A stretch of DNA of 63,342 nt, counting the filler, from Octopus bimaculoides (lineage: Eukaryota), in assembly GCF_001194135.2 (NCBI RefSeq). It is 5 parts of 5 records of this genome, joined end to end, with 100 filler letters (N's around TTAATTAATTAA, not from the genome) between each part and the next. Parts side by side here need not be neighbours in the genome. Positions count along the whole stretch, not along the records: positions 17,909 to 35,758 come from NC_068998.1; positions 35,859 to 45,524 come from NC_068991.1; 3 more parts are not named here. One strand, given 5' to 3'. The notes under the pieces were generated by a model that saw nothing but the letters and a program-made list of their open reading frames with translations, was not told the origin of the DNA and ran no database searches. Below, one piece after another: positions 27,904 through 39,145 of this stretch. The position numbers and the translations under genes were made by a program. Every line of letters begins with the position of its first letter. Positions within the stretch are counted from its first letter, which is position 1.

Positions 27904-29262
27904 ATCTGGTTTCACCAGTCCTCAGTCAAATCGTCCAACCCATGCTAGCATGGAAAGCGGACGTTAAACGATGATGATGATGATGATGATGATGATATGT
28001 TGGTTTGTGTATGATAAAAAGCTGTGGTGTAATTTTTATAGTTAAGTTTAAACTTTATTTCATAGAAACTTTGATAGACAAGTTGCCTATAAGAACATAT
28101 ATAATTTAAGAAAAATAATTACTTAAAAAAATTTCTTTTGCAAAATTTTACTGTCTTTTTTTTTATCTTTCTCCAGCAGTGTAGCTTTTATTGTCTAAAT
28201 GAAAATAAAGAACTTTTCCTTGGAATTTGTTTAAAACTGTATTCTCCAGAGAAAATATAACTGTAGGAAAACATTATTTTCACTGTCTAGGTTGATGTGC
28301 TTGAAAAATAATCTTAATACAATTGAGGTTACATTACAACTGAAATTACTTAATTTATCTTATAACATTTACTCATTAGAGACTCCTGTCATTACAATAA
28401 TAACACAAAAAAACTATATGCAAATATTTAAATATAAACATTCTCTTCTCCCCACAGGCTGTCTTGAATATAAATATGGTATTATTTATTGGTTGGGATA
28501 CCTTTGGGTTAAAGATAGAAAGAAGTGAAAAGTCATAATATTAATGTCCTTCCATTATGTATGTTTTATTTATGGCTACGACTTTAATTCTTGAAGCAAT
28601 TTAAATACTTTCTTGGCTATATTTCAGAAAGTAAAAGGAAATTTTGTCAGAAGACATTTATGAAATGTTAAATCTTTCAAGAGTCTCAAATGATCATGAT
28701 AGAGACTGTTGAAGAGCAATTAATAATTAAAACGATTGTGATATGACATACTTCACTGATTTATGTATTACAGAATCATTTATATAGTTTCTGTTGAGAA
28801 AATTTTGCCTAAATTAGCATTTGGAATACATTCAGTCTTACAAAGTCCAAGAATTTGTTTTCTATCTTCGTCTGAATCATATTCCTACTAGCAGCACAAT
28901 ATTGATTAACTATTCTTCAGTCATTTTTATCATCAAAGATTATCAAAATTGTTAGAATGTCAGAGAAAATTAATTGTGGTACTTATTCCAAATATCCACA
29001 CTTGAAGTTCAGATACAACTATGGTCACCTTAGCTTTTCAGCTTACCAAGGGTGATAAATAAAGCAGTAGTCAAGTATTGGGGTAAATACAATTGATACG
29101 ATTTTGTCCAGTTGGTACAATTTTGTCCAGAAATTATGCTTTCAAAATTTTAATTTCCCCTATCCCCACCAAAATTTCTTAATTTCTAACTTTTCCCAAT
29201 TTTTTTTTTTTTGTTATCTATGTAGAAAAATACAGAGATTACAAATCTGAGAATTATATACT

Positions 29263-29694
29263 CTTACTCTTTTACTCTTTTACTTGTTTCAGTCTTTTGA
29301 CTGTGGCCATGATGGAGCACTGCCTTTAGTCGAGCAACTCAACCCCAGGACTTATTCTTTGGAAGCCTAGTACTTATTCTATCGGTCTCTTTTGCCGAAC
29401 CGCTAAGTTACGGGGACGTAAACACACCAGCATCGGTTGTCAAGCGATGTTGTGGGGGACAAACACAGACACACAAACACACACACACACACACATATAT
29501 ATATATGTATATATATATATATACATATATACGATGGAATTATTTCAGTTTCCATCTACCAAATCCACTCACAAGGCTTTGGTCAGCCCGAGGCTATAGT
29601 AGAAGACACTTGCCCAAGATGCCACGTAGTGGGACTGAACCCAGAACCATGTGGTTGGTAAGCAAGCTACTTACCACACAGCCACTCCTACGCC
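29263..29694 (-). mobile_element. tRNA-derived SINE (family B) with internal microsatellite
   Basis: Head tggctgtgtggtaag...ggttcagtccc, then (TA)/(TG)n, then tail ...gcggttcggcaaaagagaccgatagaataagtactaggc...gactgaaacaagtaaaaga. Related copies at 53621-54020, 54030-54255, 9530-9730, 60-270, 50935-51045 and 57985-58135. Confidence 0.85.
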
Positions 29695-31697
29695 TATATA
29701 TATTTTTTTATAGTTTAATTTTTCTTAAAGAAACACTCAATGCCCCTTCCTCCATTTCACCCACCCATCACCAACCAGCTTTCAAAAAGCTAAAATCTCA
29801 AAATCTTTCACTTTTGTCTGATGTTTCTTGCATGCATAGAATTCTACTGAAATAGTAGACTTAAAAAATACCAGACCACCACCAGAAAACCTGACATGCT
29901 AGAAACAACAGGTAAACAGCATTATTTCTGAAGAAACGTCCCTGCTTTCTAAAAAGCTAAAAGTGAAACATTGGGAGTGTGTAGCATTTTGAAAGTGGTG
30001 AAGTGGTGAGGTGATGGGTTAAATCCCTAAAGATTTGTACTTTCTGTTTTTTCTCCATAGATTACCAAGAATAAAAATTTGAAAAAAGCGAAAAGTGAAT
30101 TTGGTGTGGAGAAGGAAAAAATTAGAATATTGAGAATGTGTTTTGTGGGTGAATCTCCTGTATTGCAAACATAGGAATCAGAAGAAATTTAGGAAAAAAA
30201 TAAGGCTGGGGGACAGAAATGTCACTTCGGATGAGCTAGAAAGAAGAAGTAAAGGACAGGATTTCTGGAAAAAACTTCCTTTTAAGTTTATATTGAAGAT
30301 CAGGTTTTTAAATATTCTCAACACAAACACAAATTACACAATAGAAAAATATCATTTCAATTGGATTTGAGCTGTAAATTTGCACGTGCACACTGCAAGA
30401 ATTAACATAATTCACACAGAAGTTTTACCTAGAGTGTGTGTGTGTCAAAGGAAGTTATATTATGGCATTCTTTCATTTTAAGAAGCAAAGTTGTCAACTC
30501 AACACTTATGAGATCATATGATTGTTTGTTAATTTCTGTAAAATTGTTTTAATTTCTTATGCTTTGAAGAAATCAGAAATTGAAAGAGAGGATAAAGTGA
30601 AATGGTGACATTTGCTTTGAAGTGAAAGGAGAAGGTAAAAGAGAAGAGAAAGTGTAAGATGTACGTGTATATGAAATAGACATGTGTGCGTGAGAGAGTC
30701 TCTCAGACATTATCTTTCATATCGCACGTTAACAGGCAGAGGTAAAAAATATGTACACCACCCCCCTTTGGCGTAACCCTAACCCTAAACACCACAAGTG
30801 CATAACCTTGACCTTCGCTTATAAATACATTGCATACATCTTTTTGTACATGAGAGAGAGACAGAAAGGCTATATTTCCGCATAACATAGAGAAAAATAG
30901 ATGTCTTAATGCAATTATTTTGGTTGTGGCTTATTTTAATACAATATTTATGAGTACATTTTCATAAATGTTTGTCTGAGTAGAATTCTATACATGTGAA
31001 AAACATCGGATGAAAGTGATACATTAGAAGCAAATCAAAATATTGTCCAAAAATGAACTCAAAATTGTGCAACCCAACCTAGTTGCTAAGGTTATTTTAG
31101 TTGTAATAAAGTTATTGAGTCAAAAACATAGTTTAATTTGGTAGATAGATAATAAGCAGCTTTCTCCATTATAATACACATGTAACTAATTCAGAGAAAC
31201 ATTATTTTTCCTTATTCACACATTGTCACTCTTGTAATGCAACACTTTGTAATTTTGGTTCATATTGAAAGTGTGAAACTATTTTCATTTTGCAATGAAA
31301 CCTGGTCATTATAGAGAAGTGTATTTGAAATAAATATTGCTGGTTATTGAGATAACGTAGAAAATATGTAAATGAAAGTAAAGTCTATTTGACATGTGTA
31401 ATTGATTTGATTGTTCTGGAAGGCGTTGAGATGGCAGAATTGTTAGCATGCCGGGCAAAATGCTTGAGCAGTATTTTGTCTGTCTTTATGTTCTGATTTC
31501 AAATGCCACCTGGGTCAACTTTGCCTTTCATCCTTTCAGGGTCAATAAATGAAGTACCAGTGATGTAATCGACTGGTTCCCGCTCCCAAAATTTCAGGCA
31601 TGTGCCTATAGTAGAATGAATTTGATTGTTCTGGTTTTAACATCAGTTGGTAAGAATAGAAATCATTTGATAACATCCTTTTGTTTGAAATTGGCTA

Positions 31698-31915
31698 TCC
31701 TATTACAGGTTCAATCCGAGGAATATTGAAATAATACCCATCTTGTCCATTCCACAGAATAAGAGTATACTGGAGAGCACCAGAAGAGGGATGAGTCTGT
31801 GAAACACGTTTAAGGTTGTTATCTCGAACACAAATGAGAATATCATGGGCTTCAATGGGATCACCAACCATAAGGATGGCTACTTCATTAGATGTGGTCT
31901 TATTAAAGCAGTGAA
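31698..31915 (-). mobile_element. Helitron Rep/helicase coding relic
   Basis: HCFNKTTSNEVAILMVGDPIEAHDILICVRDNNLKRVSQTHPSSGALQYTLILWNGQDGYYFNIP, matching the Helitron FN.PT..EVA....RDI......RI.ETH.SYD.LQYP.LF..GEDGY block. Confidence 0.8.
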
Positions 31916-34075
31916 AAATGTACTTTATTATAGTTTACTATAGATGCAACCAATGCAGAAACACACACTTACACACACACACATACACTCATAGAATTGA
32001 TAATATTGAAAGCAGAGAAAAACGTACACATATGAAGTTCAAGCAATATGAAATGTAGTCAATATAGGTGCAAAACATATTCTGTAGCATAGTTAAGCTA
32101 TAAAAAAATGGAAAGTCACCAATTTAGCAAAAGCTAGTATGCGTCAACAATGTAAGAAAGTAAAGAAAATCAACATATATTTGGAACATGTACTTAATGT
32201 TATAAAATTCACGATTGAATGAATGTCACGGGGAAGAAAGTGAAAGTCCAAGAAAATTCAGAAGGCATAATTAAAATTTTCATACAAAAATAATTTATTT
32301 TACAATTTTGAAACAAACGCTGAACCAAGTGTATAAAAAGGAAGATGCTCTTGTTGTGAACGTTAATTTAAAATATTTGCTGAAAGATGTATGTAGCAAT
32401 ATATAAACTAATTTTACATTAATATATATTTTAGAACTGTGTAATGTTATATAAGCTGTAGAATAAATACTACGTAATGCAGTAAAAAGGTTGTGCAACT
32501 TTGATACTCACTGTGATGAAGAATACAAGGACTGTTAATAAAAACATCTTGAAACTGGTTAGGAGTGGAATAACATTTCTGTAATTATATTGAAAGAGCC
32601 ACTGAGATTTTCTACTTCACCAAGTTTCTGAATTTGTTATAATAACCAGAATAATATTTTTTTTCAGATATATTTGCAAGGATTGTGAGTGGTGTTAAAT
32701 CAGCCAAATTTTCATGTTGGTACTACTTGAAAGTGAACACTATTGCTTGTTTGAAGTCCAGGCCACAAGTAAACTTTCAATATTGGTGCGTTTCATTGTT
32801 GGGGGTGGGGAAGTTGCATACATAAACTAAGAGAGACACATGCACACACTCATACATTAATGCACACCGGAAGCCTATCTCTGTCCCTGTGTTTGTCTGT
32901 CACTATCTTTAGATGTGTGTGTAGCAGTCACACAAAAATGTATGTAGTAACAGACGCATACACCGTCACACACATATACTTGTCAGTCATCAGCCTAACA
33001 TAGGTAACGAAGGTGTAAACACACTTGTAGAAAATGTGACATCATCGTCGTTGAAGTGGTGAAATGAAATGTCATTTACGATTGGTGGCTATAAGAAAAA
33101 TGATGTTAAATTTTTGTAATATAAATATGTGAATGAAAATATAGTTTAGTTGTTAGACAAAATCTTACTGAATCTTTTCATGTTCCCTACGTGTATGTCT
33201 GCAAGTTGATGAGTACCACATATTCCCCTCCATTTTCTTATATATATATATATATATATAAGCCAAGTAAGATCGTTGCCAGTGCCCCTGGACTGGTTCT
33301 TGTGCGGGTGGCACATGAGATGCACCATTTTGAGCGTGGCCGTTGCCAGTACCGCCTGACTGGCTCCTGTAGGATTTTCGAGCGAGATCGTTGCCAGTGC
33401 ACCTGGACTGGCTTGTACGGGTGGCACATAAAAGACACCATTTCGAGCGTGGCCGTTTTCGTGCGGGTGACACGTAAAAGCACCCACTACACTCTCNNNN
33501 NNNNNNNNNNNNNNNNNNNNNNNNNNNNNNNNNNNNNNNNNNNNNNNNNNNNNNNNNNNNNNNNNNNNNNNNNNNNNNNNNNNNNNNNNNNNNNNNNNNN
33601 NNNNNNNNNNNNNNNNNNNNNNNNNNNNNNNNNNNNNNNNNNNNNNNNNNNNNNNNNNNNNNNNNNNNNNNNNNNNNNNNNNNNNNNNNNNNNNNNNNNN
33701 NNNNNNNNNNNNNNNNNNNNNNNNNNNNNNNNNNNNNNNNNNNNNNNNNNNNNNNNNNNNNNNNNNNNNNNNNNNNNNNNNNNNNNNNNNNNNNNNNNNN
33801 NNNNNNNNNNNNNNNNNNNNNNNNNNNNNNNNNNNNNNNNNNNNNNNNNNNNNNNNNNNNNNNNNNNNNNNNNNNNNNNNNNNNNNNNNNNNNNNNNNNN
33901 NNNNNNNNNNNNNNNNNNNNNNNNNNNNNNNNNNNNNNNNNNNNNNNNNNNNNNNNNNNNNNNNNNNNNNNNNNNNNNNNNNNNNNNNNNNNNNNNNNNN
34001 NNNNNNNNNNNNNNNNNNNNNNNNNNNNNNNNNNNNNNNNNNNNNNNNNNNNNNNNNNNNNNNNNNNNNNNNNNN

Positions 34076-34115
<40 letters not shown>

Positions 34116-35657
34116 AGAATAGTACAGGTGCCATGCAAAAAGCACCCATAGAAAGCATGTTGAAAATTAAACTCCTGATTAAGATACCTATTCTAAGCTG
34201 TCAATATGAATAAATATTTCAAATATTCATTCCTACAGATGTTTCAATAATTCTTATTCAATATTATTGGGTAAATTCGAATTACATAATTGTGATCCCA
34301 TGTAATCGTACTTATATGGCATGCAAGAATTGCATCATCAGGGATATTATGAATATGAATTAAAAATTCAAAATTGTTCTAATTTGGTTTGAAGGTTTAA
34401 GGGAAAAATGAAAAATTAGAAAAAGGAAGTAAAGGAAAAAGTGAAAGAAAAAGTAGTAGTAGTAGTAGTAGTAGTAGTAGAAAAAGAAGAAAACAACATC
34501 AATAATAATGAGGAATAAATTTAGAGAGAGGAAGTGAGAAAGAAAAATGAAATAAATATGAAATAAAATAAGACAATATCTTTTATGGTATACTTATTTT
34601 TGTCATTACAATATGGCCATGCTGGGGTACTGCCTTGAAGACTTTAGCTAAATAAATAAATAAATCAACCACAGTACATATATTTTCTCAAAAATCCGGT
34701 ATTTATTCCATTGTCCTTTTTTTTTTTTGCAGAACACAAAGTTACTGGCCATGAATAAACCATCACCAGTTATCAAGTAGTGGAGGGACAGACACAAAGA
34801 CACCCCCCCACAGGCACACACACATACATGCATGCACATACACATGTACACAACTAGCTTCCACACAGTTCCCATCAATTAAATTCACTCACAAGCTATT
34901 GGTCAAGCCAAAGCTGCAGTAGAATACACTCAAAATGTAGTGAATTGAGACTGGATCCAAATCCACATGGTCACTAAGCAAATTTTGTAACCACATAACC
35001 ATGCCTGTGCCTATATAATAAATAAATGTAATAAAAAATAATAGTAAAAATATATTCTGTATAATTCCCATTGGAAGAATTTAAATATTAGATCATGGTG
35101 AGTTGTCTAGATAATATCTTATACTATCATTCAGATTACAGTGATGTTAATGAGTTAGAGAATGTTAAATGCTGAATTTAATACAGCCATAATCAAAATA
35201 ATACTGACAAGATTAAGATTACATACATGTGTATGTATATGCATGTGTATGAGTTCATATATTTGTGTGTGCGAGTGGGAAGGGTCAGTGTATTTATATA
35301 TATATATATATTCTATGTACTTTTCCTTAATAGAAGTAAAGCAAAAGAAAACTTCATTAAAACAGTCCCCAATGTATCATAGGCGAATAAGTGTATTGAG
35401 TTATTACAATCTTTAGTAGAGATACACTATTACAGGTGTTGCTTTTGCAGTAGAAAGAATTGCTTGTTGGAAGCAGGTGTAATGTCATATCTCTAAAATA
35501 CTGTGAACATATATATGTATGTGTGTGTGTGCGTGGGAGAGAGAGATAAAGAGAGAATATGAATGTATGTGTGTGCATACATACACACTCACATATAAAT
35601 GTGAGAGTGAATGTATGTGAATGTAAACATGTACACACATGTATGTATATATGTATG

Positions 35658-35758
<101 letters not shown>

Positions 35759-35858
35759 NNNNNNNNNNNNNNNNNNNNNNNNNNNNNNNNNNNNNNNNNN
35801 NNTTAATTAATTAANNNNNNNNNNNNNNNNNNNNNNNNNNNNNNNNNNNNNNNNNNNN
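35759..35858. other. Artificial assembly spacer
   Basis: 44 N + TTAATTAATTAA (35803-35814) + 44 N. Confidence 0.95.
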
Positions 35859-37123
35859 GTGAGTATCCTGCTTCTTTTGTGGCTGCAGTGGCTGCCGCAT
35901 ATATTGTCATTTAGCTCAGTGATATTGCCAGTTGTTTCTGTGGTTGTTAGTTCTGTGACGGCCAGGTTTATGCTATTTATTATTGATGTTGTTTTATTGT
36001 CTATTTTGATTTTTGGGAGATATAATCTGTGGTCCATTCTAAGATCTGTGGTTTTCAGTTCTTTGGTTATTCTCATTTTCATAGTATCGTAATTGGCGAT
36101 CCTTCGGTACAAGTTTTCTACATGCCAAATTGTTTGACAATCGTTTGACAATCGTTCGGCAATTTCCGTAAAGAAAGAGGGAAAGGACGTTAGTCAGCGA
36201 CAGCTTTGATCTGTTAGGTAGCAGACAGCAAGGAAACCCATCCCTTAAGAACACATGCCAGTTATCTCTCTTTCCCCCTCCCTTCCCCCTCTCTTAAAAA
36301 CACATGTCACTTATCTCTCGCTTTCTCTCTCTCTGTCTATCTCTTTCACACTCTTAAAAACACATGTCACTTAGGGTTAGGGTTAGGGTTAGGGTTAGAG
36401 ATAGAGAGAGAAAGCGAGAGATAACTGGTATGTGTTCTTAAGAGAGGGGGTCCCTGCTGCCTGCTACCTAATAGATCAAAGCTGTCGCTGACTAATGTCC
36501 TTTCCCTCTTTCATTACGGAAATTGCCGAATTGATGTAAACAAACGCTGAAGCAAAAAGGAGGATTGGTATCGAAAGATCGCCTCGTAATTATTAGGTTT
36601 CCCTTCGTTATTCCCAGGCTTTAGATTTGTTTTGCCTTCCTTTTCATTCATATGTTTGTCTGTGGTGTTTTGGATTGGTGCTTTTTGTACATTATTATAC
36701 ATCTCTACGGTCTGGGTTTGTTGTTTTCTGTTTACTTCATTTTTGTCGGAAATGTTACGTTTGTCCTCGTGTTTTACTATCTCAGTGTTTATATTATTAT
36801 TTGGCATTGTTGTGTGACTACTATCTAGATTTTCCTGATGTATTTTTCCTTTCAATTGTTCTATTTCTATTCCTGATATTTTTTTTGCTTTGAGAATATA
36901 TCTTCTTATGTTAGCTAGTTTGTTAGGGTTCATTGTTTTATCGAGGTTGTTATTTACATTATTTTTCTTCCATATTTTATATGTATGTGTTGTTGCGTTT
37001 TCGTTTTTTGGGTTGAACACTGCTGTGAAATAAGCGTGTAGGATCGAAATGTATTCCTCACATGTCCATTTATGCCGTTTTGGTTTTGTTTGCGGGACAT
37101 GAGGAACAACGTCTGGCCCTTTA
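35859..37123 (-). mobile_element. R4/Dong-like non-LTR retrotransposon, N-terminal ORF fragment split by a MITE
   Basis: RHKWTCEEYISILHAYF...TYKIWKK...MNPNKLANIRRYILKAKKI (36584-37123) continues as YLPKIK...GNITELND(L)IYAAATAATKEAGY (35859-36094). Clade assignment is from recalled motif similarity. Confidence 0.65.
36095..36583. mobile_element. Non-autonomous TIR element (MITE), 8-bp TSD, GG...CC ends (Merlin-like), internal (TTAGGG)4
   Basis: TSD tcgtaatt at 36087-36094 and 36584-36591; termini ggcgatccttcggtac / gtatcgaaagatcgcc; about 80-bp subterminal inverted repeats (36155-36235 vs 36450-36530); ttagggttagggttagggttagggttag near 36371-36398. Confidence 0.85.
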
Positions 37124-37169
37124 NNNNNNNNNNNNNNNNNNNNNNNNNNNNNNNNNNNNNNNNNNNNNN

Positions 37170-37715
37170 TAACATGTGAGAATGATAAATCACTGCTCCG
37201 AAATTTATCCAAAAACATCGGAAATAAAGACATCGCATGGAGCCAAAAAATAGCTGACAAAGGGTTGGACATATCCGAGTAAGTAATACTCATTGAAATT
37301 TATTTCTATTTTTCCAAATATAATGATTATTTTAACTTGATACCTCCACAGCGATCGTAAACACACTTGTTACATCAACACCAGACCATCTCCGAACCCA
37401 AACACCATGTACAAAAAAATTATAAACAGATTAAATAATACCGGTATTATTTAATCTGTTTATAATTTTTTTGTACATGGTGTTTGGGTTCGGAGATGGT
37501 CTGGTGTTGATGTAACAAGTGTGTTTACGATCGCTGTGGAGGTATCAAGTTAAAATAATCATTATATTTGGAAAAATAGAAATAAATTTCAATGAGTATT
37601 ACTTACTCGGATATGTCCAACCCTTTGTCAGCTATTTTTTGGCTCCATGCGATGTCTTTATTTCCGATGTTTTTGGATAAATTTCGGAGCAGTGATTTAT
37701 CATTCTCACATGTTA
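37170..37715. repeat. 546-bp spacerless perfect palindrome
   Basis: 273-bp arms centred on acc|ggt (37442/37443); the left arm starts at the edge of the 37124-37169 gap. Confidence 0.9.
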
Positions 37716-37728
37716 AACGTCCCCGGTC

Positions 37729-37914
37729 TTATTATTATTATTATTATTATTATCACCAAGAATGTAATTTCTATTACTATTATTATTATTATTATTATTA
37801 TGGTTATTATTATTATTATTATTATTATCATCATTATTATTATTATTATTATCACCAAGAATGTAATTTCTATTACTATTATTATTATGGTTATTATTAT
37901 TATTATTATTATTG
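37729..37914. repeat. (TAT)n microsatellite with duplicated caccaagaatgtaatttc unit
   Basis: Direct reading. Confidence 0.9.
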
Positions 37915-37919
37915 TGTAT

Positions 37920-38248
37920 GTATCATTTTTGTTACTTTTTCGACTTAGTTTTCTGTTGTTTATTGAGGATATGATGGTAGCTAGGTTATGTGTTAGACTA
38001 TATCCTATTCTTATTGTTTTGTTATTAATTTACTCCCAATATTTATTATTTTCTTTTGTAAGGTGTTTGTTAATTAATCTAAATATTGTTTTTACTATGT
38101 TATTCTTAATTTGCATAGCGAAAGGGATGATCAACCACAGGATATCAATTTCATTAATTTTCTTATTAGGTTTTACTACATTATGGGTAATTTTTGTTAT
38201 TATTCCTATTTTTGTTTTTATGTTTAATATTATTATTATTTTTATTAC
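37920..38248 (-). mobile_element. Naiad-like PLE, post-RT continuation (3' piece)
   Basis: Minus strand reads DILWLIIPFAMQIKNNIVKTIFRLINKHL...INNKTIRIGYSLTHNLATIISSINNRKL, matching the RNIIWFNPPF...KHF...SYS..N...II..HN region that follows the Naiad RT thumb. Confidence 0.65.
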
Positions 38249-38379
38249 TATTATTATTATTGTTGTTGTATTTGGGGATGGTCATATTGCCAGTTTAGCC
38301 AATAAAAACACACGCACTGTATAGTTGGTGTTAATTTGCTTCAGCTTTATATTACATTACATTACATTAATCCTATTTC

Positions 38380-38424
38380 GGCCAGAGTTCTTTCATCACA
38401 CTTCTGTGACCTCATCAGTGGTCC
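38380..38424 (-). ncRNA. Second copy of the putative hammerhead, in the inverted terminal repeat
   Basis: Reverse complement reads GGACCA-CUGAUGA-G-[GUCACA gaag UGUGAU]-GAAA-GAAC-UC-UGGCC. Differs from the other copy only by a loop base and a G-C to G-U change. Confidence 0.55.
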
Positions 38425-38859
38425 TTTGCTTTCTTCTTTCTTATGTGTGTCCCACCTTGCTAACTATCAGCCATTTTGTATTTTGTATTCCTATTGTATA
38501 TGTCTACATATGTGTATCCCTCAATGTGTCTATGTTTTTGTAAGTGCATGTGTGTGTATGGGGAGTGCCTGTATTATCTATATCCTCTGTTAATACATGT
38601 TAAGACACACACCCAGATAACTATAATCACAAGGACACGAATAAAAGTAAGGTCATGGGGGTGAAGAGGGAGAATAAAGTTGAATGCAACAGAATTCTTG
38701 GACAGGGAGTCAGTAGACTTAAAGCAGAAAACACTACTGCTAAGAACAGAAACAACAACCAGAACAGGAAGAATGGCAGGGACCAACAAGCAGACATAAG
38801 AACCAGCACTAATAAGAACAACGCATACACCAACACCAGGTACAAGAACAACGAAAATA

Positions 38860-39145
38860 TCAGTAGTGGTAATCAGAATGATAGTAATAGTGGTAGTGGT
38901 AGGAACAGCAGTAGTAGCAGTAGTGGTGGTAGTAGGTGTGGTGGTAACAATAGTGGTAGTGGTAGTGGTGGTAGTAGTAGTGACAGCATTGGTGATGGTG
39001 GTGGTGATAGTAATAGTAGTGGTGGTGGTGGTGATAGTCATAGTAATGATGATGGTGGTGGTGGTAATAATAGTGGCAATAATGGTGGTAGTAGTAGCAG
39101 GGTGAATGGTGGTAGCAGTAACGACAGTAATAGTAGTAGTAGTTA
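38860..39145. repeat. (GGT/AGT/GAT)n low-complexity tract within the PLE 5' region
   Basis: Direct reading; the + frame 38655-39284 stays open through it (Ser/Gly/Asn/Asp-rich). Confidence 0.85.

Noticed and set aside
33258-33496. Regularly repeated ~20-30-nt motifs resembling a CRISPR array
   Set aside because: The intervening sequences are themselves repeated, the context is eukaryotic, and there are no cas genes; these are SINE internal modules.
36371-36398. (TTAGGG)n as a chromosome end or fusion scar
   Set aside because: Only about 4 units, and internal to a TSD-flanked MITE.
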